Source: Candidatus Poribacteria bacterium (GTDB lineage: Bacteria > Poribacteria > WGA-4E > GCA-2687025). Taken from it: DNA of 64,000 nucleotides. The stretch is from NCBI GenBank assembly GCA_963665845.2, contig OY762492.1:1760001-1824000 (forward strand), given 5' to 3'. Shown piece after piece: positions 17,600-27,599 of the stretch; positions within the stretch are counted from its first letter, which is position 1, and the number at the start of each line of letters is the position of its first letter. Under the pieces are notes generated by a model. The model did no database searches. It had not been told where the DNA came from and worked only from the letters and a program-made list of their open reading frames with translations. The translations under genes and the position numbers were made by a program.

Positions 17600-18445
17600 A
17601 TGGTCGCTGAAAAGCAGATACGCTTTTTTGAAGAGAACGGATACCTTAAGTACGGCAAGGCGCTGGAGCCTAGCGAGGTGGAGGCGATGCGCAGCGGACT
17701 TGACCGCATCATTCAGCTGGAGCTGCGCGAAAGCGACGCTTCTTCACCCGAATTCGGCTACGGACATGACCGCGACGGCGAGTCGCCCGAAGGACGGCCC
17801 GCCCGCGCGATTCATCAGTATGTCAACATGTGGAAGCGCGACCCCGCCTATGAAGCGGCGATTCACCACCCCGTCATCGCGGGGGCGGCGCGCGGTCTGC
17901 TGCGGACGCCCGAAACGCGCCTCTGGCATGACCAGGTCATCTCCAAGCCGCCGAAAGACAACGGGCATTTTCGTTTTCACCAAGACTTTTACTTCTGGCC
18001 GCTCTGGCCGTCCAAGATCGTCAGCTGCTGGCTCGCTCTGGACGACGCGACCGTTGAAAACGGGTGCATGCATGTGATCCCGAAAAGCCATGTGGACCCG
18101 CGTTTCACGCCGGACGCGCGGGCGGCGGAGGCGGCGGGCAAGCCGGTTCCGGACAGCAACGGAACGACGAACCTGCCCTCCTCGCGCGACGAGGTCGCCC
18201 GGCTGGACGCCTCGCATGGAACGCCGGTGGAGCTGAAGGCGGGCGAATGCATGTTTCACCATTGCCTGAATTTTCATGCGACGCCGGCGAATATCACCGA
18301 CCGGCAGCGGCGCGCCTTTGTGATGATCTTCATGGCAAAGGGGGTTCAATTCAACCGAAAACAGTCGCCGGGGCATGTGCTGGTACCGACGATTGAGGTG
18401 GAAGACGGCGAGCCGCTTGTCGGCAGCGGTTTTCCGGTCGCCTAA
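17600..18445 (+). CDS. Phytanoyl-CoA dioxygenase (PhyH) family Fe(II)/2-oxoglutarate dioxygenase
   Basis: FFEENGY, FHQD, WLALDDATVENGCMHVIPKSH, distal His. AAAGGAG RBS. Confidence 0.92.
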   Translation: MVAEKQIRFFEENGYLKYGKALEPSEVEAMRSGLDRIIQLELRESDASSPEFGYGHDRDGESPEGRPARAIHQYVNMWKRDPAYEAAIHHPVIAGAARGLLRTPETRLWHDQVISKPPKDNGHFRFHQDFYFWPLWPSKIVSCWLALDDATVENGCMHVIPKSHVDPRFTPDARAAEAAGKPVPDSNGTTNLPSSRDEVARLDASHGTPVELKAGECMFHHCLNFHATPANITDRQRRAFVMIFMAKGVQFNRKQSPGHVLVPTIEVEDGEPLVGSGFPVA

Positions 18446-18477
18446 AACGCTCTTTTAAAACAGGACGCAAGCCGCCC

Positions 18478-19809
18478 ATGAAAACAACGCCACCGAACCT
18501 GCTGTTCTTTTTCCCCGACCAGATGCGCCCCGACTGGGACGGCGCCCGCTCCGACATCCCTGTGCGGACGCCGAATTTGGACGCGCTGCGCGAACGCGGA
18601 ACCGCCTTTGAAAACGCGCTCTGCCCTTCGCCCGTGTGCGCGCCAAGCCGCGCCTGCCTCGCTGTCGGAAACGAATACGACCGATGCCTTGTGCCGTCGA
18701 ACGGGCAAGACCTCCCGACCGACGCGCCAAACCTGTACCAGCGTCTCCAGTCGGCGGGATACCATGTAACCGGCTGCGGCAAATTCGACCTGAACAAGGG
18801 CAGCTGCATCGGCAAAAAAGGCGCATGGGGGCGGGACGGACAGCGGCGTCTGGACGCCTGGGGCTTCAGCGCCGGCGTCAACAACGAAGGGAAGCTGGAC
18901 GGGGTCAACAACGCGGGGCGCGAGACGCAGGGACCGTATTTGACCTACCTTGAGCGGATCGGCTGGCGGGAGGCGCATGTTCAGGATTTTCGGCGGCGCA
19001 ACCGCTTTGCCGCCTTTCCGACGCCGCTGCCCGAAGCGGCTTACTGCGACAACTGGATCGCGCAAAACGGGCTTGACCTGATCAACGAGGCGCCGTCGGG
19101 GAAGCCATGGTTCTTGCAGATCAACTTTACGGGACCGCACAACCCGTGGGACATCACGGAGGCGATGGCGGAGCTTTACAAGGGGGTTGAATTTCCCGAC
19201 CCGGCGGTCTGGGACGGGGAAAACGCGGAGAAGCATCAGGCGGTGCGCCGAAACTATGCCGCGATGATCGAGAACATCGACCGGTGGCTCGGCGTCTACA
19301 CGGAGGCGCTGCGCGAGCGGGGCGAGCTGGAGAACACGCTCATCGTTTTCAGCAGCGACCATGGGGAGATGCTGGGCGACCGCGGCGCGTGGGGCAAAGG
19401 AAAGCCGTATCAGGCGTCGGCGGGGGTTCCGCTGGTTGCGGCGGGTCCAGGAGTTGCGGCGGGGCGTCGGCTTTCGTCTCCTGCGGCGACGCTCGATCTG
19501 ACGGCAACCTTTTTGGACTATGCCGGCGCCGACCCGCTGGACGGGATGGACAGCCGCTCGCTGCGGGAGGTTCTGTCGGGGGCGTCGGACGGAAACCGCG
19601 GGGTTGTGTTTTCAGGTTTGGGCGAATGGCGGCTCGCGTTTGACGGGCGTTTCAAGCTGGTTCGGCGGAAGGGAGAGCCGAAGGAGCTGTACGATCTACA
19701 AGAAGACCCGTTTGAGGAGACAAACCGCGTTGACGACGGCGCATGCGCCGAGGCGAAGGCGCGGCTCATGGGCGCGTTTGAGGCGGAGTACGGGCGCGTT
19801 CAAGCGTAA
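18478..19809 (+). CDS. Cys-type (formylglycine-dependent) sulfatase
   Basis: PNLLFFFPDQMR, CAPSR, SSDHGEMLGD, ELYDLQEDPFE. Confidence 0.92.
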   Translation: MKTTPPNLLFFFPDQMRPDWDGARSDIPVRTPNLDALRERGTAFENALCPSPVCAPSRACLAVGNEYDRCLVPSNGQDLPTDAPNLYQRLQSAGYHVTGCGKFDLNKGSCIGKKGAWGRDGQRRLDAWGFSAGVNNEGKLDGVNNAGRETQGPYLTYLERIGWREAHVQDFRRRNRFAAFPTPLPEAAYCDNWIAQNGLDLINEAPSGKPWFLQINFTGPHNPWDITEAMAELYKGVEFPDPAVWDGENAEKHQAVRRNYAAMIENIDRWLGVYTEALRERGELENTLIVFSSDHGEMLGDRGAWGKGKPYQASAGVPLVAAGPGVAAGRRLSSPAATLDLTATFLDYAGADPLDGMDSRSLREVLSGASDGNRGVVFSGLGEWRLAFDGRFKLVRRKGEPKELYDLQEDPFEETNRVDDGACAEAKARLMGAFEAEYGRVQA

Positions 19810-19819
19810 GCCTCCCGCG

Positions 19820-19912
19820 CCTCATAGCCTGCCCCGCGAAAATGGGGGTCATTCCCGCCCCTCATAGCCTGCCCCGTGAAAACAGCGGTCATTCCCGCGT
19901 AAGCGGGAATCT
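19820..19912. repeat. 40-bp tandem duplication ending in dRS3-like hairpin (19891-19910) between convergent genes
   Basis: CCTCATAGCCTGCCCCG(C/T)GAAAA..GGTCATTCCCGC occurs twice. Confidence 0.75.
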
Positions 19913-21762
19913 TATTCGCCCGATTCGCGCTCTCCCCGCTCCTGGCAATGCTCGCGGATGATCTGCAAGAAGGCGTCTCCGTATTGTTCAAGCTTCGCCG
20001 GTCCGACGCCTGAAATCTCAAGAAACTCCGCCTCCGTCTGCGGAAATCGAGACGCCATCTCTATCAAGCTGCTGTCATGGAACACGGTAAAAGCGGGCTT
20101 ATTCTCTTCGTCAGCAATCTCTTTCCGTTTGACGCGCAGCTTTTCAAAAAGCTCTTCGTTATATTCAGCCGCGCCTGCGTTGGACGCGGCGCTTCGGGTT
20201 GACGCAGTTCTTCGGCTTGACGATCTGACGGGCGATATAGCCGCGCCCATGAACGGCTCTCTATTCTTAAGAAAATCGCGCCCTTCCGATGTCAATTTCA
20301 AGCTGCCGTGCCGCAAATCGCGTCTAATCAGCCCGCGCTTCAGCAGCTGAAACGACAAGGCCTGCCACCCCGCCTTGATGAACTCGGTACCGATTCCATA
20401 AACGGTCAGATCATGATGTCCGTTTTCTTGAATCCGGCGATTTCTGGAACCCTTCAACACATCAATGATGTACGCTTCGCCAAACAGCTGCCTTGTCCGC
20501 GCGATACAGGACATGAATTTCTGGGCGGATATCGTCAAATCCTGCGGCTCTTCGGCGACAGCGCAGTTGTCGCACATGCCGCATCGTTCCTGTTCCCGCT
20601 CTTCTCCAAAGTACGCCAAGAGCGTTTTGCGCCGGCATTCTGAAGAATACGCCCAATTCAGCAGCCAGTTCAGCCGTTCCAGCCGCCCTTCTCTTTCTGA
20701 CGCCGCGCCTTTTTGTATAAAATAATGGATCGTGTCCACGTCGCTGTAACTGAACAGCAATTTACAGTCGGCGCGTTCGCCGTCTCTGCCCGCCCTCCCG
20801 ATCTCCTGATAATACAATTCAGGCGAATCCGGGAGTTGGGCATGCAGCACAAAACACACATTCTCCTTGTCGATGCCCATCCCAAACGCGATGGTCGCGA
20901 CCATAATGGGCGCCCTGCCGTCCAGAAACGCCTCCAGATTCGCCTGTCTCTCCTCACTTTCCATGCCCGCATGGTAGGGTCGCGCTGAAAACCCGCGCTC
21001 CGCCAGCTCTTCACACAGCGAATCGACCGTATCCCTTTTTCTGCAGTAGACGATGCCCGACTGCCCATTGCGCTCCCTCAGAAACGCGGCGATCTGATCA
21101 TCCATTTTGATTCGCGGCTCCACCGACAGATGCAGGTTCTCTCGGTCAAAGCTGCCGACAAAGGCGTCTTCAGGGGCAATGCCGAGCGTCTGCGCGATGT
21201 CCTCTTGAACGCGCGGCGTGGCGGTCGCTGTTAACGCGACGCAAACCGCGTCTGGAAACCAACGTCGAATCGCCCCAAGCTTGCGGTATTCGGGGCGGAA
21301 ATCATGCCCCCATTGCGAAATGCAATGCGCCTCGTCAATGGCAATGCAGGAGAGGTCCGCCTCATCCAGCAGCGACAAGATACGGTCCTGGAGGAGTCCT
21401 TCAGGCGCGATGTAAAGCAGCTTGATATTTCCCGCGCGGACGCCTCTAACGACATCCGTCCTTTCGGCGCCGCTGAGGGTACTGTTGTAAAAGGCGGCGG
21501 CGACTCCGCGCTCCTTCAGCGCTTCCACCTGGTCTTGCATGAGCGATATGAGCGGCGACACAACGACCGTCAGCCCGTCAAAAATGAGCGCGGGGAGCTG
21601 GTAGCAGAGCGACTTGCCGCTGCCGGTGGAGAGAACAACAAGCGCGCTTCGCCGGGCGAGAATGCGGTCAATGATCTCGCGCTGCATGGGGCGAAATTGC
21701 GCGTGTCCAAATACGTCTTGAAGCAGACGCTGCGGGTCTGGCGTTCGCCAAGTTTCATTCAT
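19912..21762 (-). CDS. recQ: ATP-dependent DNA helicase RecQ
   Basis: TGSGKSLCYQLP, DEAHCISQWGHDFRPEY, ATIAFGMGIDK, YQEIGRAGRDG, RQC Zn site CRR..CGMCDNC, one HRDC domain. Confidence 0.96.
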   Translation of the reverse strand: MNETWRTPDPQRLLQDVFGHAQFRPMQREIIDRILARRSALVVLSTGSGKSLCYQLPALIFDGLTVVVSPLISLMQDQVEALKERGVAAAFYNSTLSGAERTDVVRGVRAGNIKLLYIAPEGLLQDRILSLLDEADLSCIAIDEAHCISQWGHDFRPEYRKLGAIRRWFPDAVCVALTATATPRVQEDIAQTLGIAPEDAFVGSFDRENLHLSVEPRIKMDDQIAAFLRERNGQSGIVYCRKRDTVDSLCEELAERGFSARPYHAGMESEERQANLEAFLDGRAPIMVATIAFGMGIDKENVCFVLHAQLPDSPELYYQEIGRAGRDGERADCKLLFSYSDVDTIHYFIQKGAASEREGRLERLNWLLNWAYSSECRRKTLLAYFGEEREQERCGMCDNCAVAEEPQDLTISAQKFMSCIARTRQLFGEAYIIDVLKGSRNRRIQENGHHDLTVYGIGTEFIKAGWQALSFQLLKRGLIRRDLRHGSLKLTSEGRDFLKNREPFMGAAISPVRSSSRRTASTRSAASNAGAAEYNEELFEKLRVKRKEIADEENKPAFTVFHDSSLIEMASRFPQTEAEFLEISGVGPAKLEQYGDAFLQIIREHCQERGERESGE

Positions 21763-21807
21763 GGGCTATATTGTACGCGGGAGAGGGGCTTAGCGCAAGC
21801 GCCGCCC

Positions 21808-21955
21808 CTGACCTTACGTCTTTATTTAGGACATGTCGGCGTGGGAACGCGGACGGTTTCTGCCTGATCTCTGGATTCCCGCTTACGCGGGAATGACGGA
21901 AAAGGGCGCGGGAATGACGGAAAAAGGCCGCGGGAATGACGGAAAAGGGCGCTGA
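21808..21955 (-). repeat. Partial MITE (one TIR) + dRS3-like hairpin (21875-21894) + three 21-22 bp tandem units
   Basis: CTGACCTTACGTCTTTATTTAGGACAT; GGGAATGACGGAAAAGGGCGC-like unit repeated three times. Confidence 0.72.
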
Positions 21956-21981
21956 CAGCGTCTTTGGCGCCTTCTAACGTT

Positions 21982-23595
21982 TCACCGCAGCCGTATCGTT
22001 TCAAAGCGGCGCGGCGCCGACTCCAGCGCCGTAAACGTATGTCCGTCCGCCGTCCAGCTGCGCAGCGGTTTCCATTCGCGCCCCGTCCAGCGTTCGCATC
22101 GGCTGCGTTCGGCGGCGCGTTCAACGAGCAGCTCCAGCGGGCGAGGCTCCTCATGCGCGAAGGTGAAATACTCATCATCGCCGCCCGACATGAGACGGCT
22201 CCAGACCGCGGCGGGGGCGTACCCGTCGGATCGGCGGTAGACGCCCGCCTGCGGTTCCGCGCCCGACTTAACAAGCCATGCCTGAAGCCGCTTCTCAAAG
22301 CTGGGCGAGTCCAGTTCAAGCCGCCGCCTGCGCATTTTGGAGAGCCAGCGTTCAAGGCGGGGCGACGGCGCGCCGTCCAGCAGATGCGGAATCGGCTCCA
22401 GGAGCGCGAGCTGTTTTTTAGAGAATCGCGTCTCCAGCGCGTCAAGCGTCCGCGTCCGCAGCGACCGCCACGGACCGACCATCAGCAGACGGACGCGCTG
22501 CGGCGGCATGTCGATCAGCTCCGCCTCCTCCACAACAGCGCATTCCACGCCCAGCCGTCGAACCGCCTGCGCCGCCTGCGCGAAAAGCCTGTCGCGCCGA
22601 TTCGTCTCGGCGTTCTGCCCAGAAGCCCACTTGTCTTCGGTCGATTGTAAAACTGCCGCGCCGCCTTCTTCCAACGGAGCGGCGTCGAACGGCGCGCCGT
22701 AGCCCGCGCCCGCGCCGATCGGATTGACGCCGACGCTCCACAAAAGGCGCGCCCACTCTTCTGACGGAGCAAGCGCGGCGGGGTTTCTTGTTCGGCGCAG
22801 CTCGTCAAGGCGAAGTGAGGCGCGCGACCGCAGAAACTCCCGCGGCTCCACCGGCGGAATATCCAGCGCCGGGACGACGCCGTCCGCCTCCAGCTGCGCC
22901 GGCGTTATCCGCCAAGCGCGCCGCCGGCTATACGGCAAAACGACGCCGAGCCGCGCCTCCTTGCCGAAACGCTGCGCGGTTCGGCGCAGGTTCTCGCGCG
23001 CCGCCTGCCGCAGCGCGTCCGCATACGCCCCGCGAACGCGAAGTGACGGCGCGCCCGCGTCAAAAAGCCAGGCGGCCGTCTCTGTAAACGCCTCGGCGCG
23101 TCCAAACGCCTCTTCAACCGCCCGCGACCATGGCAGCGCAGCGGAAGGCAGCCAGTCATGCGCTAAAAGCAAGCCGTCCGCGCCGGACGCTTCCAGCTCC
23201 GCCTCCGCCGCCTGCGGCAGATTTTCCGCCCACCAGTTTGGACGCGCCGGCTCCTCGTCCACCCGCGCGACGCGCCGCTTCGTCAGCTTGTGCGCGACCG
23301 CGGACGGGCTGCGCATCGGCTCCGAGATGTCGTAATAAAAACTTTGGCGGAATTCATCCCCGCGCAGAAAATAACCGCGCAGGCGCGCGTCCGCCCTCGG
23401 CGCCGTAAGCCGCTCCAGCGCGTCGTTGATGTTGTTGGAATCCGGCAGGTCGACAATGCGCGCCGTCAAGACGCGGGATCGACAGCCCCGCATCGAACGC
23501 GCCGACGCGACCGCCCATCGGCGCCCATGCGCGTCCGTTGTTAGGACGCTTCCGCCGCCGCTTTTTCGAGCGCGCTGCGCAGTTCGCCGATGCAT
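21982..23595 (-). CDS. Hypothetical protein; C-terminal part weakly resembles a class-I glutamine-amidotransferase-like (glycosidase accessory) domain
   Basis: Longest ORF filling the gap in a minus-strand gene run. LGVECAVVEEAEL..VRLLMVG..LRTRTLDALE pattern. True start is probably inside the ORF, near 23490-23545. Confidence 0.5.
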   Translation of the reverse strand: MHRRTAQRARKSGGGSVLTTDAHGRRWAVASARSMRGCRSRVLTARIVDLPDSNNINDALERLTAPRADARLRGYFLRGDEFRQSFYYDISEPMRSPSAVAHKLTKRRVARVDEEPARPNWWAENLPQAAEAELEASGADGLLLAHDWLPSAALPWSRAVEEAFGRAEAFTETAAWLFDAGAPSLRVRGAYADALRQAARENLRRTAQRFGKEARLGVVLPYSRRRAWRITPAQLEADGVVPALDIPPVEPREFLRSRASLRLDELRRTRNPAALAPSEEWARLLWSVGVNPIGAGAGYGAPFDAAPLEEGGAAVLQSTEDKWASGQNAETNRRDRLFAQAAQAVRRLGVECAVVEEAELIDMPPQRVRLLMVGPWRSLRTRTLDALETRFSKKQLALLEPIPHLLDGAPSPRLERWLSKMRRRRLELDSPSFEKRLQAWLVKSGAEPQAGVYRRSDGYAPAAVWSRLMSGGDDEYFTFAHEEPRPLELLVERAAERSRCERWTGREWKPLRSWTADGHTFTALESAPRRFETIRLR

Positions 23596-23921
23596 TCCCC
23601 GACCGCCTTCGCGTCGATGGAGTCCGCCAACTCGGCATAGCCCGCCGCTTTTGTCATGGCGGCGATGTTGTCGCGTATCATGACGAGCGCGAAGGCGACC
23701 GTGTCGGGCGACACGGCGCGGTCGATGCGGTGAAAGGCGTCCATGCCGGTCGGGTCGTAATGGTAGTGCGGGTCGTTGTCGAAGCAGTCGAACCGCAGGA
23801 TCTGCTTCGGGTTTCCGTCCACATCGCCGAAGACGCGGATGGAGGGTCCGCGGTCGCCGCCGAAATTTCGATATTCCGGGTAAAAGGTGAGTCCGCCCGC
23901 TTGAATCGCTTGATTGTCCAT
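23541..23921 (-). CDS. Conserved hypothetical protein (LRFDCF..PHYHY motif, DUF7700-like)
   Basis: GPSIRVFG..QILRFDCFDNDPHYHYDP. AAAGGAG RBS before MDNQAI (23921). Confidence 0.72.
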   Translation of the reverse strand: MDNQAIQAGGLTFYPEYRNFGGDRGPSIRVFGDVDGNPKQILRFDCFDNDPHYHYDPTGMDAFHRIDRAVSPDTVAFALVMIRDNIAAMTKAAGYAELADSIDAKAVGECIGELRSALEKAAAEAS

Positions 23922-24047
23922 ATCTCGCTCCTTTCTTTTCATGTCATGCTGTTCCTTTCCGCGCGATTTGTCAACCGCTCTTTCGCTGAGGCGGTACGCC
24001 CATGCGATGAACTTCATTTTTGACCTTAAAGCGTCGGCGCCGCCTGG

Positions 24048-24140
24048 CGTCATTCCCGCGTAAGCGGGAATCTTAGCCGCCGCGCCCGTCCTTTAAACCT
24101 CCCCCCAGCCCCTTTCAAGGGGGAATCGGAGGCGGCGCCG
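24048..24140. repeat. dRS3-like hairpin (24052-24071) + poly-C/G hairpin
   Basis: ATTCCC-GCGTAAGC-GGGAAT followed by CCCCTTTCAAGGGGGAATCGGAGGCG. Confidence 0.75.
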
Positions 24141-24141
24141 C

Positions 24142-24519
24142 TTACTCGTCCGCGTCGAACAGAATCAGCTGAACGAGCAGCTGTCCCGCTTGGTTGTTAT
24201 GGTTCGGGTTTTCGTTCATCGCTAGGAAGACGACCCCGTCCTCGTCCAGGTAGTTGTCGTATCGGTGTCCGAAGGCGCGCGGTTTTCCGTTGCCGATGCG
24301 TCCGACGAGGCACCCAACATTCGCCCCCGGAAGCCGAAAGCCGTCCCCGGCGATCAGGTTTGGAACGCCGTCCCCGCCGCACCAGCCCTGGCGGTTGCGC
24401 AGGTCGGGCGACCAAGCGCCCTCGGCGTCCACAACGAGCCGCTGACCCGCCTTCACCCGAACATAACTTTCCTGCCACTCCGGCGTCGGACGAACCAATC
24501 GAACCACGGTAAGAGACAT
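24142..24519 (-). CDS. Small LecA/PA-IL-like galactose-binding-fold protein
   Basis: WQxSxVxVxAGQxLxVxAxGxW..GCLVGRIGNG..GVVFLAMN pattern. Confidence 0.6.
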   Translation of the reverse strand: MSLTVVRLVRPTPEWQESYVRVKAGQRLVVDAEGAWSPDLRNRQGWCGGDGVPNLIAGDGFRLPGANVGCLVGRIGNGKPRAFGHRYDNYLDEDGVVFLAMNENPNHNNQAGQLLVQLILFDADE

Positions 24520-24535
24520 GTAACGCCCTTTCTAT

Positions 24536-25294
24536 TTAAGGCTGCAATGCTTGAAACAAGGCGCGGTAGTAGCGCAGCAAACGATCCGGCTCGGCGCTTT
24601 CAGGGATCTCCGCGAGGCAGAAACCTGTATAGCCCGACCCTTTCAAAAAGCGGAACAGATCCTTGTAAGGATATTTTTCGTTGTAAAGCTCGGTGATATG
24701 GACAAGCCCGATACGCTCCCCAAGCAGCTTCCATGCCTCGTCAATGGACCCGTCGATCAGATCGGAAGCGTTTGAGTTCCAGCACACATAGGCGTTCGGG
24801 TGATCCGCATGCTCCATGATGGACGCCATATGATGCGGGAGCGACGTCCCCCCGCCGTGTACTTCGACCCGAATCTCGACGCCGTAGTTGACCGCAAACT
24901 CGGCGCATTCGCGGACGGCAAGCCCAATCTGCTCCAGCGTCTTCTCAACCGGAACCTCTTTAGGCAGCCCGTTCGGGCGCACCTTGACGCCCGGCGCGTC
25001 CACATCATGCGCCAAGATTACGTACTCTTTCGTCCCTTCGATGTTGCGGCGGAGCGCCTCAGGGTCGGGGGAATGGTAATCGAACGCGCTGCCTAGCCCG
25101 GCGATCTCAACGGGGCTGTCGTCAAACTTGGCGGCGATCTCGGCGCGTTCAAGACCGCTCAAGCTGACTTCGACGCCATGCGCATGCGTCGTCCGCAGCT
25201 CTACGCCCTCAAACTGCGCCGCGGACAGCTTGGAGATGATCGTGTCGACATCCCATTTGTTTCCGATCTGGTAGGTCACGATTCCGAGTCGCAT
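24536..25294 (-). CDS. Sugar phosphate isomerase/epimerase (xylose isomerase-like TIM barrel)
   Basis: FEGVELR, IRVEVHG, VHITEL and GYTGFCLAEI motifs. Confidence 0.88.
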   Translation of the reverse strand: MRLGIVTYQIGNKWDVDTIISKLSAAQFEGVELRTTHAHGVEVSLSGLERAEIAAKFDDSPVEIAGLGSAFDYHSPDPEALRRNIEGTKEYVILAHDVDAPGVKVRPNGLPKEVPVEKTLEQIGLAVRECAEFAVNYGVEIRVEVHGGGTSLPHHMASIMEHADHPNAYVCWNSNASDLIDGSIDEAWKLLGERIGLVHITELYNEKYPYKDLFRFLKGSGYTGFCLAEIPESAEPDRLLRYYRALFQALQP

Positions 25295-25308
25295 GGGGTT
25301 CCTTTCGT

Positions 25309-27273
25309 TTATGCGCTGCCGCGCGCCTCTTTGACAGCGTTCAGCCGCCCGCCCATCAACACAATGCGCGTCTCCTCCTCGGTCAAGCCATGCCGAACGG
25401 TGAACTTCCGCTCTTTCGTGTCGTTATGCACAACGACCGTTTCGCCCGCGCTCATCTGCCCCGGCAGATCGTCAATGCGCAGACGGTCGCCTTCGTCGAT
25501 GGCGTCGTAGTCGGCGTCGTCTGTGAACAGCAGCGGCGCGATGCCCGCGTTCACAAGGTTTGCCAGATGGATGCGCTCAATCGACTTGACAATCTTCGCT
25601 TTGACGCCGAGATACATCGGGCAAAGCGCGGCGTGTTCGCGCGAGGAGCCTTGCCCGTAGCTTTCCCCGCCGACGATGATCCCGTGTCCGCCCTCGTCGC
25701 GCCAGTCCTCGGCGCGCTCGGCGAAGGCGGGACCCGGCCCCGCGTTGAAGATCGTAAAGACGAACTCGGAGTATTTCGGAATGTTGGAGCGGTGCTTCAA
25801 GAACGGGCCGGCAGGCATGATATGATCGGTCGTGATCTTGTCGGCTACCTTGATGAGAACCTTGCCGTCGATCCGCTCTGGCATGGGAGTATTCATCGGC
25901 GGCTCGCCGATGGTCGCCCCGCGCACAATCTCCACCTCGTCGGGGTTCTCCGCCGGCGGAATGATCATCGAGTCGTCGATACGGAACTTCGCCGGCCATT
26001 CGAAGTCAGGGTACTCGATGCCGAACAGCTCCGGCAGACGGCGCGGGTCGGTGATCTTGCCTGTCAAGGCGCATGCCACCGCCGTTTCCGGACTGGCGAG
26101 ATAGACAAGGTCGTTGCGCGTTCCGCTTCTGCCGTCGAAGTTGCGGTTGAAGGTTCGCACGCTGACCCGATCGTCGCCGGGCGACATCCCCTGCCCGATG
26201 CACGGACCGCATGCGGATTCTAGAATGCGGCAACCGGAGGCGATGAAGGTCTGCAAGCCGCCCGCGGACGCGATCATTTCAAACACCTGGCGCGAACCCG
26301 GCGAAATGCCCATCTGTACCTGCGGATGAATCGTCCTGCCTTCCAAGACGCTGGCGACAATCATCAGATCGCGGAAGGAGCTGTTTGTGCATGAGCCGAC
26401 CAGAACCTGATGTACCTCGATGCCTTCCGAGTCGCGCACCGTCTGGATGTTGTCGGGGCTGGACGGCGCGGCTGCCAGCGGCTCCAGAGCGCTCAGATCG
26501 ATCTCTAACAGGCGGTCGTATTCGGCGTCCGGGTCGGCGGCTTGCGGCGTCCATGCTTCCTCGCGCCCCTGCGCTTTCAGATAGGCGCGCGTCCGTTCGT
26601 CGGACGGGAAGATGGAGGTCGTGACGCCGACTTCGGCGCCCATATTCGTGATCGTCGACCGTTCAGGGACGCTCAAGCTCTCGATGCCGGGACCGAAATA
26701 CTCCAAGATGCAGCCGACATTGCCCTTCGTCGTCAGCGTTTCCAGCACTTTAAAGATGACGTCTTTAGCGGCGACCCATGGCTTCAGCCGACCCGTGAGA
26801 CGAACGCCGATCACTTTTGGGCAGTCCATCACAAACGGCTCGCCGCCCATCGCCAACGCCACATCCAGCCCGCCGACGCCGATGGCGAGCATGCCGAGTC
26901 CGCCGTCGGTCGTGGTGTGCGAATCGGAGCCGAGAAGCGTTCCGCCGGGTTTGCCGAACCGCTCCAGATGCACCTGATGGCAGATGCCGTTGCCGGAGCG
27001 CGAGAAGTAGGCGCCTGTTTTGGCGGCTATCGACTGCAGGTAAAGATGGTCGTTATGGTTTTCAGGTCCGAGCTGCCCCATATTATGGTCAATATACGAG
27101 ACGGAGCATTCGGTCTGAATGCGGGACAAGCCCATCGCTTCAAATTGGAGAAACGCCATGGTGCCGGTGGCGTCCTGTGTGAGCGTCTGATCAATGCGGA
27201 TGCCGATCTTGTTTCCTGGGGCGAGTTTGCCGCTGACAAGATGCGCTTTCAGTATTTTCTGTGTGAGGTTCAT
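25309..27273 (-). CDS. Aconitate hydratase (short bacterial/archaeal type)
   Basis: QTLTQDATGT, GICHQVH, GSDSHT, GSCTNSS, CGPCIGQG, TFNRNF, ITTDHI, YGQGSSREHAA. Confidence 0.94.
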   Translation of the reverse strand: MNLTQKILKAHLVSGKLAPGNKIGIRIDQTLTQDATGTMAFLQFEAMGLSRIQTECSVSYIDHNMGQLGPENHNDHLYLQSIAAKTGAYFSRSGNGICHQVHLERFGKPGGTLLGSDSHTTTDGGLGMLAIGVGGLDVALAMGGEPFVMDCPKVIGVRLTGRLKPWVAAKDVIFKVLETLTTKGNVGCILEYFGPGIESLSVPERSTITNMGAEVGVTTSIFPSDERTRAYLKAQGREEAWTPQAADPDAEYDRLLEIDLSALEPLAAAPSSPDNIQTVRDSEGIEVHQVLVGSCTNSSFRDLMIVASVLEGRTIHPQVQMGISPGSRQVFEMIASAGGLQTFIASGCRILESACGPCIGQGMSPGDDRVSVRTFNRNFDGRSGTRNDLVYLASPETAVACALTGKITDPRRLPELFGIEYPDFEWPAKFRIDDSMIIPPAENPDEVEIVRGATIGEPPMNTPMPERIDGKVLIKVADKITTDHIMPAGPFLKHRSNIPKYSEFVFTIFNAGPGPAFAERAEDWRDEGGHGIIVGGESYGQGSSREHAALCPMYLGVKAKIVKSIERIHLANLVNAGIAPLLFTDDADYDAIDEGDRLRIDDLPGQMSAGETVVVHNDTKERKFTVRHGLTEEETRIVLMGGRLNAVKEARGSA

Positions 27274-27350
27274 CGCGTTTCTCCTGCTGCGTTTGCTTCC
27301 AATGCGCTCCTATTATAAAGCGCGGCGGCTCAAAATGCAACCGTCAGCTT

Positions 27351-27518
27351 CTGACCTCATGCTGAAAGTTGGGACATCTGAACAACCAAAGCCTTTATTC
27401 ATGGGAAAAAGGCGCCGCCAACCAAGCCGTCATTCCCGCGCAAGCGGGAATCCAGAGGCATCACAGACGACGTCCGCGTTCATCCGCCGCCATGTCCCAA
27501 CTAAAGACGTAAGGTCAA
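27351..27518 (+). mobile_element. Complete MITE copy (no obvious TSD)
   Basis: CTGACCTCATGCTGAAAGTTGGGACAT...ATGTCCCAACTAAAGACGTAAGGTCAA. Internal hairpin at 27432-27451. Confidence 0.8.
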
Positions 27519-27599
27519 GATTCGCAGGCTTGCAGTTTCAAATGCGCCGGCGTACCATAACGTCTCTGCCTTTACAAATGCTTAGCGCAAGGAACAAAC

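Noticed and set aside
21888-21955. Mini-CRISPR from GGGAATGACGGAAAA repeats
   Set aside because: Three head-to-tail 21-22 bp units without spacers; best explained as slippage at the hairpin flank.
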